A DNA stretch of 64,000 nt from Candidatus Bathyarchaeota archaeon (GTDB lineage: Archaea; Thermoproteota; Bathyarchaeia; Bathyarchaeales; Bathycorpusculaceae): the NCBI GenBank assembly GCA_963833575.1, contig CAWHXY010000006.1, forward strand, positions 32,001 through 96,000. Reading direction: 5' to 3'. This document shows positions 29,208 to 39,718 of the stretch, one piece after another. The notes under the pieces were generated by a model, which worked only from the letters and a program-made list of their open reading frames with translations, had not been told where the DNA came from and ran no database searches. The position numbers were made by a program, and so were the translations under genes. Each line of letters begins with the position of its first letter. Position 1 is the stretch's first letter.

Positions 29208-31048
29208 GTGCCCATCTTAACGGTATCAACTTGGTAAATTCTCAGGTTTTGATTGGTGTAAACGGGTTCTAGCCAGCTTATGCTATCAAAGTGCGCTGTG
29301 CAATTGGGGTAATTGCTTAGTTCATCGTAGCCCACGTAAACGTATGAGACTTTGTATGTTGTGATTACTTGTCGTAAATCGTTTGTAGTGCCGTTGAAAG
29401 CTCTGTCAATATCGTTTTGCCTCTGGTAAACCTGGTCAAGTGGTATTCCCCAGCCGTAAGGCCAATTAATGTATGAGGATACCGTTAGCCGTCCGCCGAT
29501 GAATGCTGGAGGGCAATGAATAGAATAATAGGTCAGAAATACTGAACGCTCAGGGGTGTTGTTTTGGACCCAGAGCCCCAGTTGATATTCATTCCAATTC
29601 GCGGCTGTATAATTTGTTCCGATATTATAGACTATGACGCTTGCTGAAGTTATGATAGAAAGCAAAACCAATGTTACAATCAGGATCTTTTTTGTTTTAG
29701 CCAACATTATACCAGCTAACACGGCTATTGGTACCCATGCAAACATGAAAAACTTGTACATATCCCATGGATTAGGTGTCAAAAGCAAGATGTTTGGAAT
29801 CAAAACAAGGAAAAGAAATGTGCCTTTCAGAAGTTCGTGCCCAGGCTTAACAAATGAAATAATAGCAATAACAAATGGGATGCCAAGGTTCAAAAAGTAA
29901 TAAGTAAAAGGATTTTGCGCGAAATTAGCAATCCAAACTGTGCTTAAAGAAATAGTCAATGGAGGCCCGTTGTGGAAAATAAAGGGCAATGCTAAAGCTG
30001 TAGGTGCTAAAAAGTATATGCAGTTGGCGAGGTTGAAGCGTTTAAGATTAAACAAGATGGCGACAACAAAGGCTACGTAGCAAGCGAAGAATGCGACATT
30101 ATGAAATTGGAAAACTAAACCAGTTATGACTCCCGCTAAGAGTAATCGTTTCTTGTCATCCATGTCTCGTAGTAACGCTAAGACCAGTGCGAAAGCGGGT
30201 AAACCAAGCAGAAGTGGGCGTTGCTGAAGCAAATTATCAAAAATCGAAGGCAAACCAAACGTTTGGCCGTACTGAAAAATGTAATTTGTGGACGGGCTAA
30301 ACGTGCCATTAAACAAGGCTGAAAATAACCCAAAGTAACTCAACCCCCAACCGAAAGTGGCTATAACGGTTGCGATGATTGCTGCTCGTCTGCCGATGGG
30401 TCTTGCAAGAGCGTAAATTGCAAGTGCAAAGACAACAATGAAAATAGTATTTAGAAAAGGCAGAAGTGTGGGCAGATACCCATAGACCTTCTCTATAATT
30501 GCAGTGTGAAAATCAACAAAATAATGATAAGTTAACGGTTCTCCCGCATAATTTGGCATCTGAGGCGGAAAGTTGCCATGGTTTATGCTTTCAATTATTT
30601 CGTAGTGCAGCGGCGTATCTTGCCAATTAGAACCTGTTAAAACTATGCCATATTGGTTGCCAACCCAAACGCTCCTTGCTAAAACGACAAATGAAATAAG
30701 AAAAATAATTGTAAATAGCAAAAGGCTTGTTTTCTTAATTTGCTGAAGTTTTAGAAATTTTGGAGGATTTAACGGTTCTCCCTTCTTGTAAACCACGATT
30801 GCGTAGACGGCTGTTAGGGCGAGAAAGCTTGCAATTATTGTTTCACGTGAATAGCCAATCGCCAACGATAAATAGTAAATCAGGCTCACAGAGAACAAAA
30901 CGCTGAAAATGGGAACGAAAGCCCATACTTCATGCGATTTTAGCCTGAAAAATCTGTAGAAGATTAAGCCTGGAACTAAAAAAGTGAATACTAAAGCAGC
31001 GAAGAGCGCGACATAGCTTGACGCAAACGAGACTAAAGCCAACAGCAA
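29204..31048 (-). CDS. GT-C-like multi-pass membrane protein; 5' end possibly frameshifted
   Basis: many TMs, DTPLH...FPPQMPNY...YHYF, C-terminal YKVSYVYVG..E; frame stays open upstream to ~31117 without an ATG. Confidence 0.65.
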   Translation of the reverse strand: MLLALVSFASSYVALFAALVFTFLVPGLIFYRFFRLKSHEVWAFVPIFSVLFSVSLIYYLSLAIGYSRETIIASFLALTAVYAIVVYKKGEPLNPPKFLKLQQIKKTSLLLFTIIFLISFVVLARSVWVGNQYGIVLTGSNWQDTPLHYEIIESINHGNFPPQMPNYAGEPLTYHYFVDFHTAIIEKVYGYLPTLLPFLNTIFIVVFALAIYALARPIGRRAAIIATVIATFGWGLSYFGLFSALFNGTFSPSTNYIFQYGQTFGLPSIFDNLLQQRPLLLGLPAFALVLALLRDMDDKKRLLLAGVITGLVFQFHNVAFFACYVAFVVAILFNLKRFNLANCIYFLAPTALALPFIFHNGPPLTISLSTVWIANFAQNPFTYYFLNLGIPFVIAIISFVKPGHELLKGTFLFLVLIPNILLLTPNPWDMYKFFMFAWVPIAVLAGIMLAKTKKILIVTLVLLSIITSASVIVYNIGTNYTAANWNEYQLGLWVQNNTPERSVFLTYYSIHCPPAFIGGRLTVSSYINWPYGWGIPLDQVYQRQNDIDRAFNGTTNDLRQVITTYKVSYVYVGYDELSNYPNCTAHFDSISWLEPVYTNQNLRIYQVDTVKMGT

Positions 31049-31250
31049 AAGCAGGATGGATACCCAATATTTTTGCAGAACCGCATTGAAGTCTATGTTG
31101 ATCTGTACCTTTCTTCACCCATCCTGCCATTATCTGTCAGTGAATACTTGTATTAAAATTACCGATAAATCATTTTCTAACCTCAAGGTTGAACTGGATT
31201 TCCGAGAAAGATTAATTAGTTGAATTATGATGTATTGTTGCGGCGCTTGT

Positions 31251-31328
31251 GCCCAGGTAGTATAGTTCGGTCCAGTATATGCGGCTGTCGCCCGCAGGAC
31301 CCGGGTCCGAATCCCGGCCTGGGCGCCA
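31251..31328 (+). tRNA. tRNA-Asp(GUC), CCA encoded
   Basis: acceptor GCCCAGG/CCTGGGC, anticodon arm TGCGG-CTGTCGC-CCGCA, T arm CCGGG-TCCGAAT-CCCGG, discriminator G, then CCA. Confidence 0.93.
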
Positions 31329-31682
31329 AAACCTTCTATTTTGCCTTATTTCACAAAATAGAGTTTGTTTTCGCCTTATGTTCAACAATCTTTTCGGATT
31401 TTCAACAAAAAATAGTTCATAGAGAAGAATTTATGCCCGGGTCTGAACCTGTAGCAGCATAAGGCACATGAGATAGGATAAACCGTTTTCTCCAACTCAG
31501 TACTTAATTTCTTGTGAAGGCAACGTGTGATTTCTTGAACAGTTGATCATTGAAACTCGTAGGTTATGAAAATTAATTTGAAAATTTAAGGTAAAATCTT
31601 TTATAGTGTTTCCAAGCTACAGCTAAGAGTTAGCTTGCAAGTATCAAGCGCATGCTACAAAATGAAAGGTTAAGGAATACGC

Positions 31683-32791
31683 ATGAAAAACAAAATTTGG
31701 AAACTCGCAGCTTTAATGTCAATTATGATATTGTTGTGTCGGCAGCCAACACAGTTCACGCTCAAACAACAATTACGACAGGAATAGGAGTCTACCCCAG
31801 CGGGGTGGCGTACGACCCAAATATGCATGAAGTGTACGTAGTTAATCCTGACGCTGGCCCGCTTTCGGTTATCTCAGACAGCTCTAACACCGTCGTTCAA
31901 ACTGTAAACGGGTTGTCATCCCCTCCTTTCGGTTTAGCTTACGATTCAGGCAAAAGTGAAATATTCATTTCCGAAAGTGGCGGAGTTGACGTAGTATCGG
32001 ACAGTTCTAACTCAGTTGTTGCCACTATACCTGTCGCGCGAGGTTGCACAGGCATAGCCTATGATTCAGGAAAAGGGGAAATATTCGTTTGTGATTCCTA
32101 CACACAAACAGTCTCAGTTATTTCAGACACATCCAATACCATTGTCGCAAATATCACCATAAACTCTTACCCAGGTTCATTAGTCTATGATTCAGCGAAG
32201 AAGGAAGTCTTTGTTTCTGTGACAATAGGCGTCGACGTTTCTATTATATCCGATAATTCCAACTCTGTTACCAAAACCATAAAGGTGTCTTCAAACCCCT
32301 ATGAGTCCACAGGGAGCCTAGCCTATGATTCTGCCAAAGGCAGGATATACGTGACAAACAGCACAGATGTATCGGTTATTTCAGACAACAACAACGCGAT
32401 TGCCGCAGTGGTCCACAACGTGTCTTCGGGCAACTTAGTTTATGATTCCAGTGACGGCGAAATAATAGGCAGCAGTGGCAAGGTCATCTCTGACAGCACT
32501 AACACTGTTAAAGCTACCCTTAACGTTGGAACTGATCCAGCTGGCATAGCTTACGATTCAGGCACTGGCGCAATCTACGTAACTAACAATGACAACCCTG
32601 GCACAGTAACTGTGAAGCCAGTTTCCTCAGGCACACCTTCAAGTCCAACCAGTTCCGCTTCATCTACTCCAACGCCAAACATTCCAGAGTTCAGCAGCGC
32701 AGCCCTAATTTCAATTGCAGCAGCCGTGATCACATTGACTGTTTCCGCAGTCACATTAAAAGCAAGAAAAAGCAAAACCTTCACAAAGTGA
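31683..32791 (+). pseudogene. YncE/YVTN-type beta-propeller surface protein with PEF-CTERM, frameshifted in the signal peptide
   Basis: repeats AYDSGKGEIFV...VSVISD.SNTVV, IPEF + TM + basic tail; signal MKNKIWKLAALMSIMILL starts at 31683 in a different frame from the body. Confidence 0.7.
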
Positions 32792-32941
32792 CATAGAAGA
32801 AACTGTTGTAGAATAAGAAAATTCCTTATTTCCCCTACTTTTTTGTTTTTCTTTTCAAAGCATTAACTCCTGGAAAACAGTCTGCCATTCATGCTCTAAA
32901 TTCATGTGCACATAGTAAAAAGAAAAGCCACATACCCAGAA

Positions 32942-33694
32942 TTATTGCGTACTTTCTTGCATATTTCCTCGGGTCATTTGTTTTATCCAGTCATGAGCGA
33001 AAATTTCTGCTTCTCCGCTTTCTATGCCTTCAACAATTTTTTGCGCTGCGTAATCTGCTGTGTCAGGTGGAAATGGGCCGTGTGGCTCTAACTCGTCCTC
33101 AGGCACTGGGATATCTCGAATTGTGTTTCTTTCAAAATCGGTAAGGGTAATGTAAGGATAGACCACGCTTATTGTTATATTGTCTTTTTTCATTTCTTCT
33201 CTAGCAGTTAGGCTCATGAGGGCAAGGGCTCGTTTTACTGAAGCGTATGGTCCATTGTTAGGCAGAGTCATTAATGCCACTGCAGAGCTTACGTTAACTA
33301 TTGTACCGCCACCCTGCTTCCTCATAAGTGGAATAACCTGTTGCATAGCAACAACAGGACCAATCAAGTCAAGATCAAAAATGTAATGAAACGTGTCAAC
33401 ATCAATTTTTTCAACAAGAGCATCATAACCGACGCCAGCATTGTTAACCAGAAGATCAATCTTGTCAAAGCGGTCAGCGACTTCCTTGACCATTCTTTTT
33501 ACTTCAAAAACTTTAGACATATCAGCAGGAACTGCGATTGAGTTCGGAATTTCACCTAAGAGTTTTTCTAGCTTTTCTTTTGAACGGGAAACAAGAGCTA
33601 CTTTCGCACCTTTTTGAGAAAGAAGTTTTGCTGTTGAAAGACCTATTCCTGAGGAGGCCCCAGTTACAATCGCAATTTTACTTTTTATTTCCAT
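32942..33694 (-). CDS. SDR-family oxidoreductase
   Basis: TGASSGIG, NNAG, YASVK. Confidence 0.92.
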   Translation of the reverse strand: MEIKSKIAIVTGASSGIGLSTAKLLSQKGAKVALVSRSKEKLEKLLGEIPNSIAVPADMSKVFEVKRMVKEVADRFDKIDLLVNNAGVGYDALVEKIDVDTFHYIFDLDLIGPVVAMQQVIPLMRKQGGGTIVNVSSAVALMTLPNNGPYASVKRALALMSLTAREEMKKDNITISVVYPYITLTDFERNTIRDIPVPEDELEPHGPFPPDTADYAAQKIVEGIESGEAEIFAHDWIKQMTRGNMQESTQ

Positions 33695-33868
33695 AAAAAA
33701 ACCTTCAATTTAACGACAGAAACCAAGTTTCTACCAGACACAGAGATTGATGCAAGTATAAAAAAATTCTTCTATTCTTTACACCTCAACCTGTTCTGCA
33801 TTGAACCTTAAAAATCTGCATTTCCACAGTAAGTTCTATAGCTCTCGATGGAATGCACTAATTGATCG

Positions 33869-34867
33869 GTGTCAGCGTTGACTGGACTAATTGAGCCTTT
33901 GAAAGTGAAAGGTTACACTCTTCGAAACCGTATTGTGTTGCCGCCTATGCAGACGGGCAAAGCAACGTTTGAAGGCGCTGTAACTAACAAGTTGATCAAC
34001 TTTTATGTTCGCCGCTCATCAGCGTTAGGTTTACCTATTGTTGAGCATGCTTATGTTTCGCCTACTGGGAAAATAGGTCCAAAACAACTTGGGATTTACG
34101 ATGACAAATTAATTGGTGGTTTTGAGAAGCTTGCAGAGCGTATACATGAGGTTGGGGCTCCCGTAGTTGTACAGATTTCACATGCTGGCGGGGTTACAAA
34201 CAAAAAAGTGATCGGCACCGAACCTGCTGGACCTTCGGCAAGACCCAAAACACGCATGTTAGAAATAAACGAGATGGAAGCTATTGCCGACGATTTTGCC
34301 CGGGCGGCTGAACGCGCGGTCAAAGCTGGTTGCGACGGCGTTGAGCTTCATGGAGCCCACGGTTACTTGCTAAACCAGTTTTTCTCACCACTACTAAACA
34401 AACGCGACGACAAGTATGGTGGTTATTTAGAAAATCGCATGCGTTTTCCCCTTTTGGTTGTCGGAAAGGTACGTGAACGCCTGAAAGGTAAACTTTTGCT
34501 ATATAGATTAGGCTCAGACGATTTAGCGGCCCAAGGAACGCATATAGAAGATTCAGTTGTTTTTGCCAAGAAGCTTGAGGCGGCGGGAGTAGATATTATT
34601 GATGTTTCCGGAGGCATGTGTGGAAGCGAACCCAAGCAACTAAAGCATGTAAAAGGCTATTTCATCCCCCAAGCAAGCGAGATTAAGAAAGCCGTTAGCA
34701 TTTCAGTTATCGGGGTTGGGGGAATCACTGATGCTCAATTTGCCGACAAATTAGTACGTGAAGAAAAAGTAGATTTGGTCGCTATAGGTCGAGCGTTTTG
34801 GCGAGATAACAGATGGGCAGAAAAAGCCATCGAAACACTAAAACAAACAATTAGCTCTGCAAATTAG
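33869..34867 (+). CDS. NADH:flavin oxidoreductase (old yellow enzyme family)
   Basis: LRNRIVLPPM, ELHGAHGYLL.QF.SP..NKR.D.YGG..ENR.RF. Confidence 0.92.
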   Translation: MSALTGLIEPLKVKGYTLRNRIVLPPMQTGKATFEGAVTNKLINFYVRRSSALGLPIVEHAYVSPTGKIGPKQLGIYDDKLIGGFEKLAERIHEVGAPVVVQISHAGGVTNKKVIGTEPAGPSARPKTRMLEINEMEAIADDFARAAERAVKAGCDGVELHGAHGYLLNQFFSPLLNKRDDKYGGYLENRMRFPLLVVGKVRERLKGKLLLYRLGSDDLAAQGTHIEDSVVFAKKLEAAGVDIIDVSGGMCGSEPKQLKHVKGYFIPQASEIKKAVSISVIGVGGITDAQFADKLVREEKVDLVAIGRAFWRDNRWAEKAIETLKQTISSAN

Positions 34868-37455
34868 TTTCGCTTTTTAAGCGCAAAAGTTTGCTCCAGG
34901 CGATAAGAATACCGTTTGAGGAACCATTTCTTGACAACCTCAACCAGGAGCAAGTATCCAACTATTAGTCCAGCAAGAGCTAGATAGAATGTTGGAGGGG
35001 GCGGCGTGAAATTGAATATGGCGCCAAGCGGCGTGTAGGGCAGTGCCAATGCAACCGCAATTACAGTAAAGCAACTTATCACTAAGTATCTGCCTGGTTT
35101 GCTCTTCCAAAACGGTGTTTTTCTTGTTCGCAACACAAAAACCACAAGCGTTTGTGTAATAATTGACTCTATGAACCATGCGGTTTGAAAAACATGTTGC
35201 TGTTGAAGCCCAGTTACAGATGGCAGAAAGACAAACAACAACAAGAAGAATGTTAAGTAATCAAATATTGAGCTTACAGGCCCCATGGTCACCATGAATC
35301 TTCTTATGTAGGAAATGTCCAGTTTTTTGGGTTTTTGAATGTACTCGTCGTCTACGTTGTCTGTCGGTATGGTCGCTTCTGAAAGGTCGTATAAAAGGTT
35401 GTTTAGAAGAATTTGGATTGCTGTCATAGGCAGGAAGCTAAGGAACAGGGATGCTCCGGCTACGCTGAACATTGTGCCAAAGTTTGAGCTTACACCCATC
35501 ATTATGTATTTCATCGTGTTGCCAAAAGTTTTTCGACCTTCCAACACACCTTCATCAAGCACTGTCAAGTCAGGCTTCAACAAAATGAGGTCGGCTGATT
35601 CCTTAGCTACATCAACAGCATTCTCAACCGATATGCCTACATCCGCTGTTTTCAAAGACGGCGCATCATTAATGCCGTCACCCATGTATCCTACAACGTG
35701 ACCGTTAGCTCGCAAAGCAGTGATTACTCTGTCTTTTTGAGCCGGGTTAACACGGGCAAAAATATTGTTTTCTTCCACAACTCGAGCCAAGGCATCATCT
35801 TGGAGCTGCGCGATGTCATACCCAGTAATAATACCCTTGATACTGAAGCCCAATTGCGTGCAAACTGTTTTTGTAACTAGCTCGTTGTCGCCCGTAACTA
35901 TTTTTAGTTCCACCCCGTCTCTAGCCAATAAACTGATGGATTCTTTAGCACTTTCTTTAGGCGGGTCAAAAAAGGAAAGGAATCCAAGAAAAACCATTTG
36001 GGATTCTTCGTCTATTGAATAATGAATTTTGTTATCTTGAACTTTTTTGTAGGCTACTGCTAAAACCCTGTATCCTTGAGAGCTGAGCTCATTGTATTGC
36101 TTCAAAAATTTTCCTTGGTAAACACTTGTAAAATCGGTTAAGATTTCATTTGTTTCGCAGAAAGTACAGATTTTCAATATTTCTTCAGGAGCACCTTTTG
36201 AAATTACTAGCCTTTCCCCTTTGACTTCGATTACTACTGAAACACGTCTTCTTATGAAATCAAATGGAATTTCATCAACTTTGTTTATTCCCGCCACGTC
36301 AAACTGCTTATGCTGAAGGACTGCATCGTCGAGCGGACTTTTCAATCCTGTCTCAAAAACACAGTTGAAATAACCATACGTTAGTACTTTCTGATCTTCT
36401 TTTCCTTCTAAATCCTCATACTCGTTTAATGTAAGTTTGTTTTCGGTAAGGGTGCCTGTTTTGTCAGTGCATAAAATGTCCATATTGCCAAAGTTTTGGA
36501 TGGATGCCAACCGTTTAACAATAACGCCTTTTTTTGACATTGCAACGGCTCCTCGAGACAGGTTAATAGACATGATCATCGGCAAAAGCTCAGGCGTTAG
36601 ACCTACTGCAAGAGCAACAGAGAAAAGCAAAGAGTCCAAGATGCTTCTTGACCCCGAATAGAAAAATGCATTCACAAAAAAGACGAAAACGACGAGGAAA
36701 AGCGTAACTTCAGTCATTAACGCTCCAAATCGCCGTAACCCCTTCTCAAACTCAGTTTCAGGCGACTTAGATACAAGTGCCTTAGCGATTTTTCCATATT
36801 CCGTTAATTTCCCCGTATTTACAACGGCTACTGTTCCAGTTCCACTAACCACAGAAGTTCCTAAGAAAACGTAATTGTTCCAACCGGTCATCTCGGTTGT
36901 AACGGTTAAAAGTGCAGGAGAATTTTTTTCAACAGGAAATGCTTCGCCCGTCAATGCTGACTGGTTAACATTCAAATCCTTTGATGCGATCAATCTGCCG
37001 TCAGCGGGAACAAGGTCTCCTGCTATCAGATACACTATGTCGCCTGGAACAACTTCCGAGATTTTCACATCTTGTTTCACGCCGTCTCTCAGAACGGTTG
37101 CTTTTGTGGTTACTCTTTCTTTGAGTGCTTCAGCTGCATTTTGAGCCTTAGATTCTTGATAAACGTCAAGGCTGATGCTGAGGAGCACTATGAAGAAAAT
37201 AATAACTGCGTCTGTAGTGTCTCCAACAAACCCAGAAACTAAACCCGCAATCAAAAGGATAAGAACAAGCGGATTTCTTAAGTGATAAAGAATTTCGACG
37301 AATCCAGTTCGTTTTTGCTTGTCTGCTAATTCATTAGGGCCGTATGTCGCAATGCGGCGTTGGACTTCTTGTGTTGACAAACCAGTTTGGGATGTGTTGA
37401 GCTTTGTTAAGACTTCTTCAACGGGTTTAGTTAAAATTTCTGGGGTATCCGCCAT
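34864..37455 (-). CDS. mgtA: magnesium-translocating P-type ATPase
   Basis: TGEAFPVEK, AVGLTPELLPMI, DKTGT, SSNFG..FS, QILLNNLLYD. Confidence 0.9.
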   Translation of the reverse strand: MADTPEILTKPVEEVLTKLNTSQTGLSTQEVQRRIATYGPNELADKQKRTGFVEILYHLRNPLVLILLIAGLVSGFVGDTTDAVIIFFIVLLSISLDVYQESKAQNAAEALKERVTTKATVLRDGVKQDVKISEVVPGDIVYLIAGDLVPADGRLIASKDLNVNQSALTGEAFPVEKNSPALLTVTTEMTGWNNYVFLGTSVVSGTGTVAVVNTGKLTEYGKIAKALVSKSPETEFEKGLRRFGALMTEVTLFLVVFVFFVNAFFYSGSRSILDSLLFSVALAVGLTPELLPMIMSINLSRGAVAMSKKGVIVKRLASIQNFGNMDILCTDKTGTLTENKLTLNEYEDLEGKEDQKVLTYGYFNCVFETGLKSPLDDAVLQHKQFDVAGINKVDEIPFDFIRRRVSVVIEVKGERLVISKGAPEEILKICTFCETNEILTDFTSVYQGKFLKQYNELSSQGYRVLAVAYKKVQDNKIHYSIDEESQMVFLGFLSFFDPPKESAKESISLLARDGVELKIVTGDNELVTKTVCTQLGFSIKGIITGYDIAQLQDDALARVVEENNIFARVNPAQKDRVITALRANGHVVGYMGDGINDAPSLKTADVGISVENAVDVAKESADLILLKPDLTVLDEGVLEGRKTFGNTMKYIMMGVSSNFGTMFSVAGASLFLSFLPMTAIQILLNNLLYDLSEATIPTDNVDDEYIQKPKKLDISYIRRFMVTMGPVSSIFDYLTFFLLLFVFLPSVTGLQQQHVFQTAWFIESIITQTLVVFVLRTRKTPFWKSKPGRYLVISCFTVIAVALALPYTPLGAIFNFTPPPPTFYLALAGLIVGYLLLVEVVKKWFLKRYSYRLEQTFALKKRN

Positions 37456-37657
37456 TAAATCAACAACGCTGGAAGGTATTCAAAATCATAGTTTACCGAG
37501 CAGCTATTAAATGTTAAGCGCTTGACACGAGCTGGCGCTAAAAACTAAAAGCAGTGTTCATTATGTTAGTGACTCGGGTTAGAACCAAACTAGATATTGT
37601 TGGTGTGTTTTCGCAATCACAAATCTAAAATTACCAGAAAAGTCTTTTCATAGACTT

Positions 37658-38242
37658 GTGAAATTCAAGTCGTTGCATGAAAAAGCTAAGCATATAGATG
37701 ATTTGTTAGATGACTATATAAAAACCAAAGAAACGAGCTTTGTTCCCATGGGAACCTTGCAGGAGATTGTTCCAACAGTTTTTTCTGATTGTGTTATGGT
37801 TAATTTTGGTTTGCATAAGCTTGTTTTCCATTTAATACATAAAAGCCATGAGTTAGCGTTAAAAATCGGGAAGCCCGAAGCAATTGAGGTTGATCACAAA
37901 TCTTACAAACAACTACCACATAACTTAAGGCATGTTTATTTTGCTAGAGTTTTTTGGCACACCAAGTATTGTCTTTTGCAAGAATATGGTGTTGAAGTAG
38001 AAGTTTCAAATGAAGAGCTGGAACAGCTTAGGACTATAGCCTCCGAGTACGGCTTGCTAGATATAACATGCGACAATGTTAGGAAAGTGAATGGAAACTT
38101 GAAGATCATAGATGCCAGTATTGCCCCTCCTGGATTTTTTAGCCTTTGGAAGACAGCTGACGTAATTAAACTTGGGTTGCCCCAGCCCATTAGGAAAGCA
38201 ATACGAAAAGCGCGGATGCTCCTCTCCTCTAAAGACCGATAA
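37658..38242 (+). CDS. hypothetical protein with minimal protein-kinase-like motifs
   Basis: NFGLHKLVF, LALKI, LLQEY, DITCDNV, KIIDAS in kinase order. Confidence 0.55.
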   Translation: MKFKSLHEKAKHIDDLLDDYIKTKETSFVPMGTLQEIVPTVFSDCVMVNFGLHKLVFHLIHKSHELALKIGKPEAIEVDHKSYKQLPHNLRHVYFARVFWHTKYCLLQEYGVEVEVSNEELEQLRTIASEYGLLDITCDNVRKVNGNLKIIDASIAPPGFFSLWKTADVIKLGLPQPIRKAIRKARMLLSSKDR

Positions 38243-38324
38243 TTTAATAGCAAAATATCGGGTTAATGCGTTAAATTTGTTGGAAAAACATATCAAGCCG
38301 TCTTAATCATCATGAAAGTATAAC

Positions 38325-39659
38325 ATGACTACCACAACTCCACTCCCAAGTATTCGGGCTTCAGATAATTGGTTAAAAGACATTTTAAAAAGCCACAGAT
38401 ATTTCGATGAAAGCCAAATTATTACTCGAAGTCGACAAGACAGCTTATGCGTAATATGTAAAGGGGCAAGGTTTCTCTGTGGCAAAACGCGCTGTCCAAT
38501 AATGCTCAAAGTCAACTATTTTCTCAAAAGTGTACCGTTAATGGGTGAAGACATCGCAGGCATGTCTCCGCCAAGCGTTTTCATCGGAAGAATCGGCTAC
38601 CCCAACGTTTACGCCGGACCCCTTGTGCCGCCTATTTATGAAGACACGGGAATTTACGATTTGCCTGAGCATTGGTTTGGGAAATCCATGGATGAAATTG
38701 TTGGTTTTCGCAGTTTGCTTGTGCGAGGTAAACATAGGGTTAATGTAACAAAGTTTATGGATGCAGGCAAAATCTTGGATCAGACGCGCGAATTAGCCCT
38801 CGCTGACAGCTGTGTAGACATTGAATTGAACCTTACAAAAAAGCCCCGAGGCTCAATTTTTCTCGACGATGATATTCAGCCGTTTGGTCCTTCAGCGCCC
38901 ATTCGGGACCTGCATGTTGGTAATGCACGTTATGACGATAAGATTGAGAAGGCGTATTATGACACGGATTTGAAAGCAACTAATGCAGTGTTGGACCTAT
39001 TCAATCGGGGTGTTATGGTTTCGAAGATTCAGAAAGCCTTCAGCGTTGGCGCTTTCGGTGTGGAAAAAAACAGACGCCTTGTTCCGACACGCTGGAGCAT
39101 TACCGCAGTAGATGACATTATCTCCAAAAACCTCAGGGAAAAAGTAAAAACCTTTCCTGAAATCAACGAATTTCGGGTTTACGAGTCAATTTATATGGAT
39201 AATGTTTTTGAAATCTTGATGATTCCTCAGCAGTACAGCTACGAGTCAATGGAAGCCTGGTACCCAGGTACCGTTTGGAACCCGACCGGAAAGAGCATAG
39301 CAATCTATTCTGATTGGGAAGGCAACAGTGGACGAACAACATACGCCCAGATTGGCGGCTGCTACTATTCTGCCCGACTTGCAACTTGTGAACAATTAGT
39401 TCGGGAACGTCGCCAGGCCACCGTCATCGTACTTAGAGAAGCAAGACCCGGCTACATCATGCCAATCGGCGTCTGGCAAGTAAGGGAAAACGTCAGAAAC
39501 GCAATGCATCAAAAACCTTTCCTTTTCAAAAGTCTCGCCGAATCGCTACAGTTCATCAGCGGCAGATTCGAAATTCCAATTCAACGTTGGACACTGCAGA
39601 GCGAATTGCTAAAGAAGGCGTTATTCCAAAAGAAAATATCGGATTTCTTCAATTCTTAA
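38325..39659 (+). CDS. nreA: Nre-family DNA repair protein
   Basis: C..CKG...LCG...CP, PPSVFIGRIGYP, LVPTRWSITAVD, GGCYY..RLA, GVWQVRE, C-terminal PIP box QKKISDFF. Confidence 0.9.
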   Translation: MTTTTPLPSIRASDNWLKDILKSHRYFDESQIITRSRQDSLCVICKGARFLCGKTRCPIMLKVNYFLKSVPLMGEDIAGMSPPSVFIGRIGYPNVYAGPLVPPIYEDTGIYDLPEHWFGKSMDEIVGFRSLLVRGKHRVNVTKFMDAGKILDQTRELALADSCVDIELNLTKKPRGSIFLDDDIQPFGPSAPIRDLHVGNARYDDKIEKAYYDTDLKATNAVLDLFNRGVMVSKIQKAFSVGAFGVEKNRRLVPTRWSITAVDDIISKNLREKVKTFPEINEFRVYESIYMDNVFEILMIPQQYSYESMEAWYPGTVWNPTGKSIAIYSDWEGNSGRTTYAQIGGCYYSARLATCEQLVRERRQATVIVLREARPGYIMPIGVWQVRENVRNAMHQKPFLFKSLAESLQFISGRFEIPIQRWTLQSELLKKALFQKKISDFFNS

Positions 39660-39718
39660 CTTTGTTTTGATAACAAATTTTAAGAAAGCCGTTCTTTATA
39701 CACTGATATCTGAAACCC

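Noticed and set aside
31220-31462. 80-aa ORF
   Set aside because: Spans the tRNA-Asp gene
31329-33000. Integrated element at tRNA-Asp
   Set aside because: No integrase and no duplicated tRNA 3' end seen
33801-33827. Possible fifth, inverted repeat copy (ttgaacc...atctgcatttcc)
   Set aside because: Central core is missing; match too short to tell from chance
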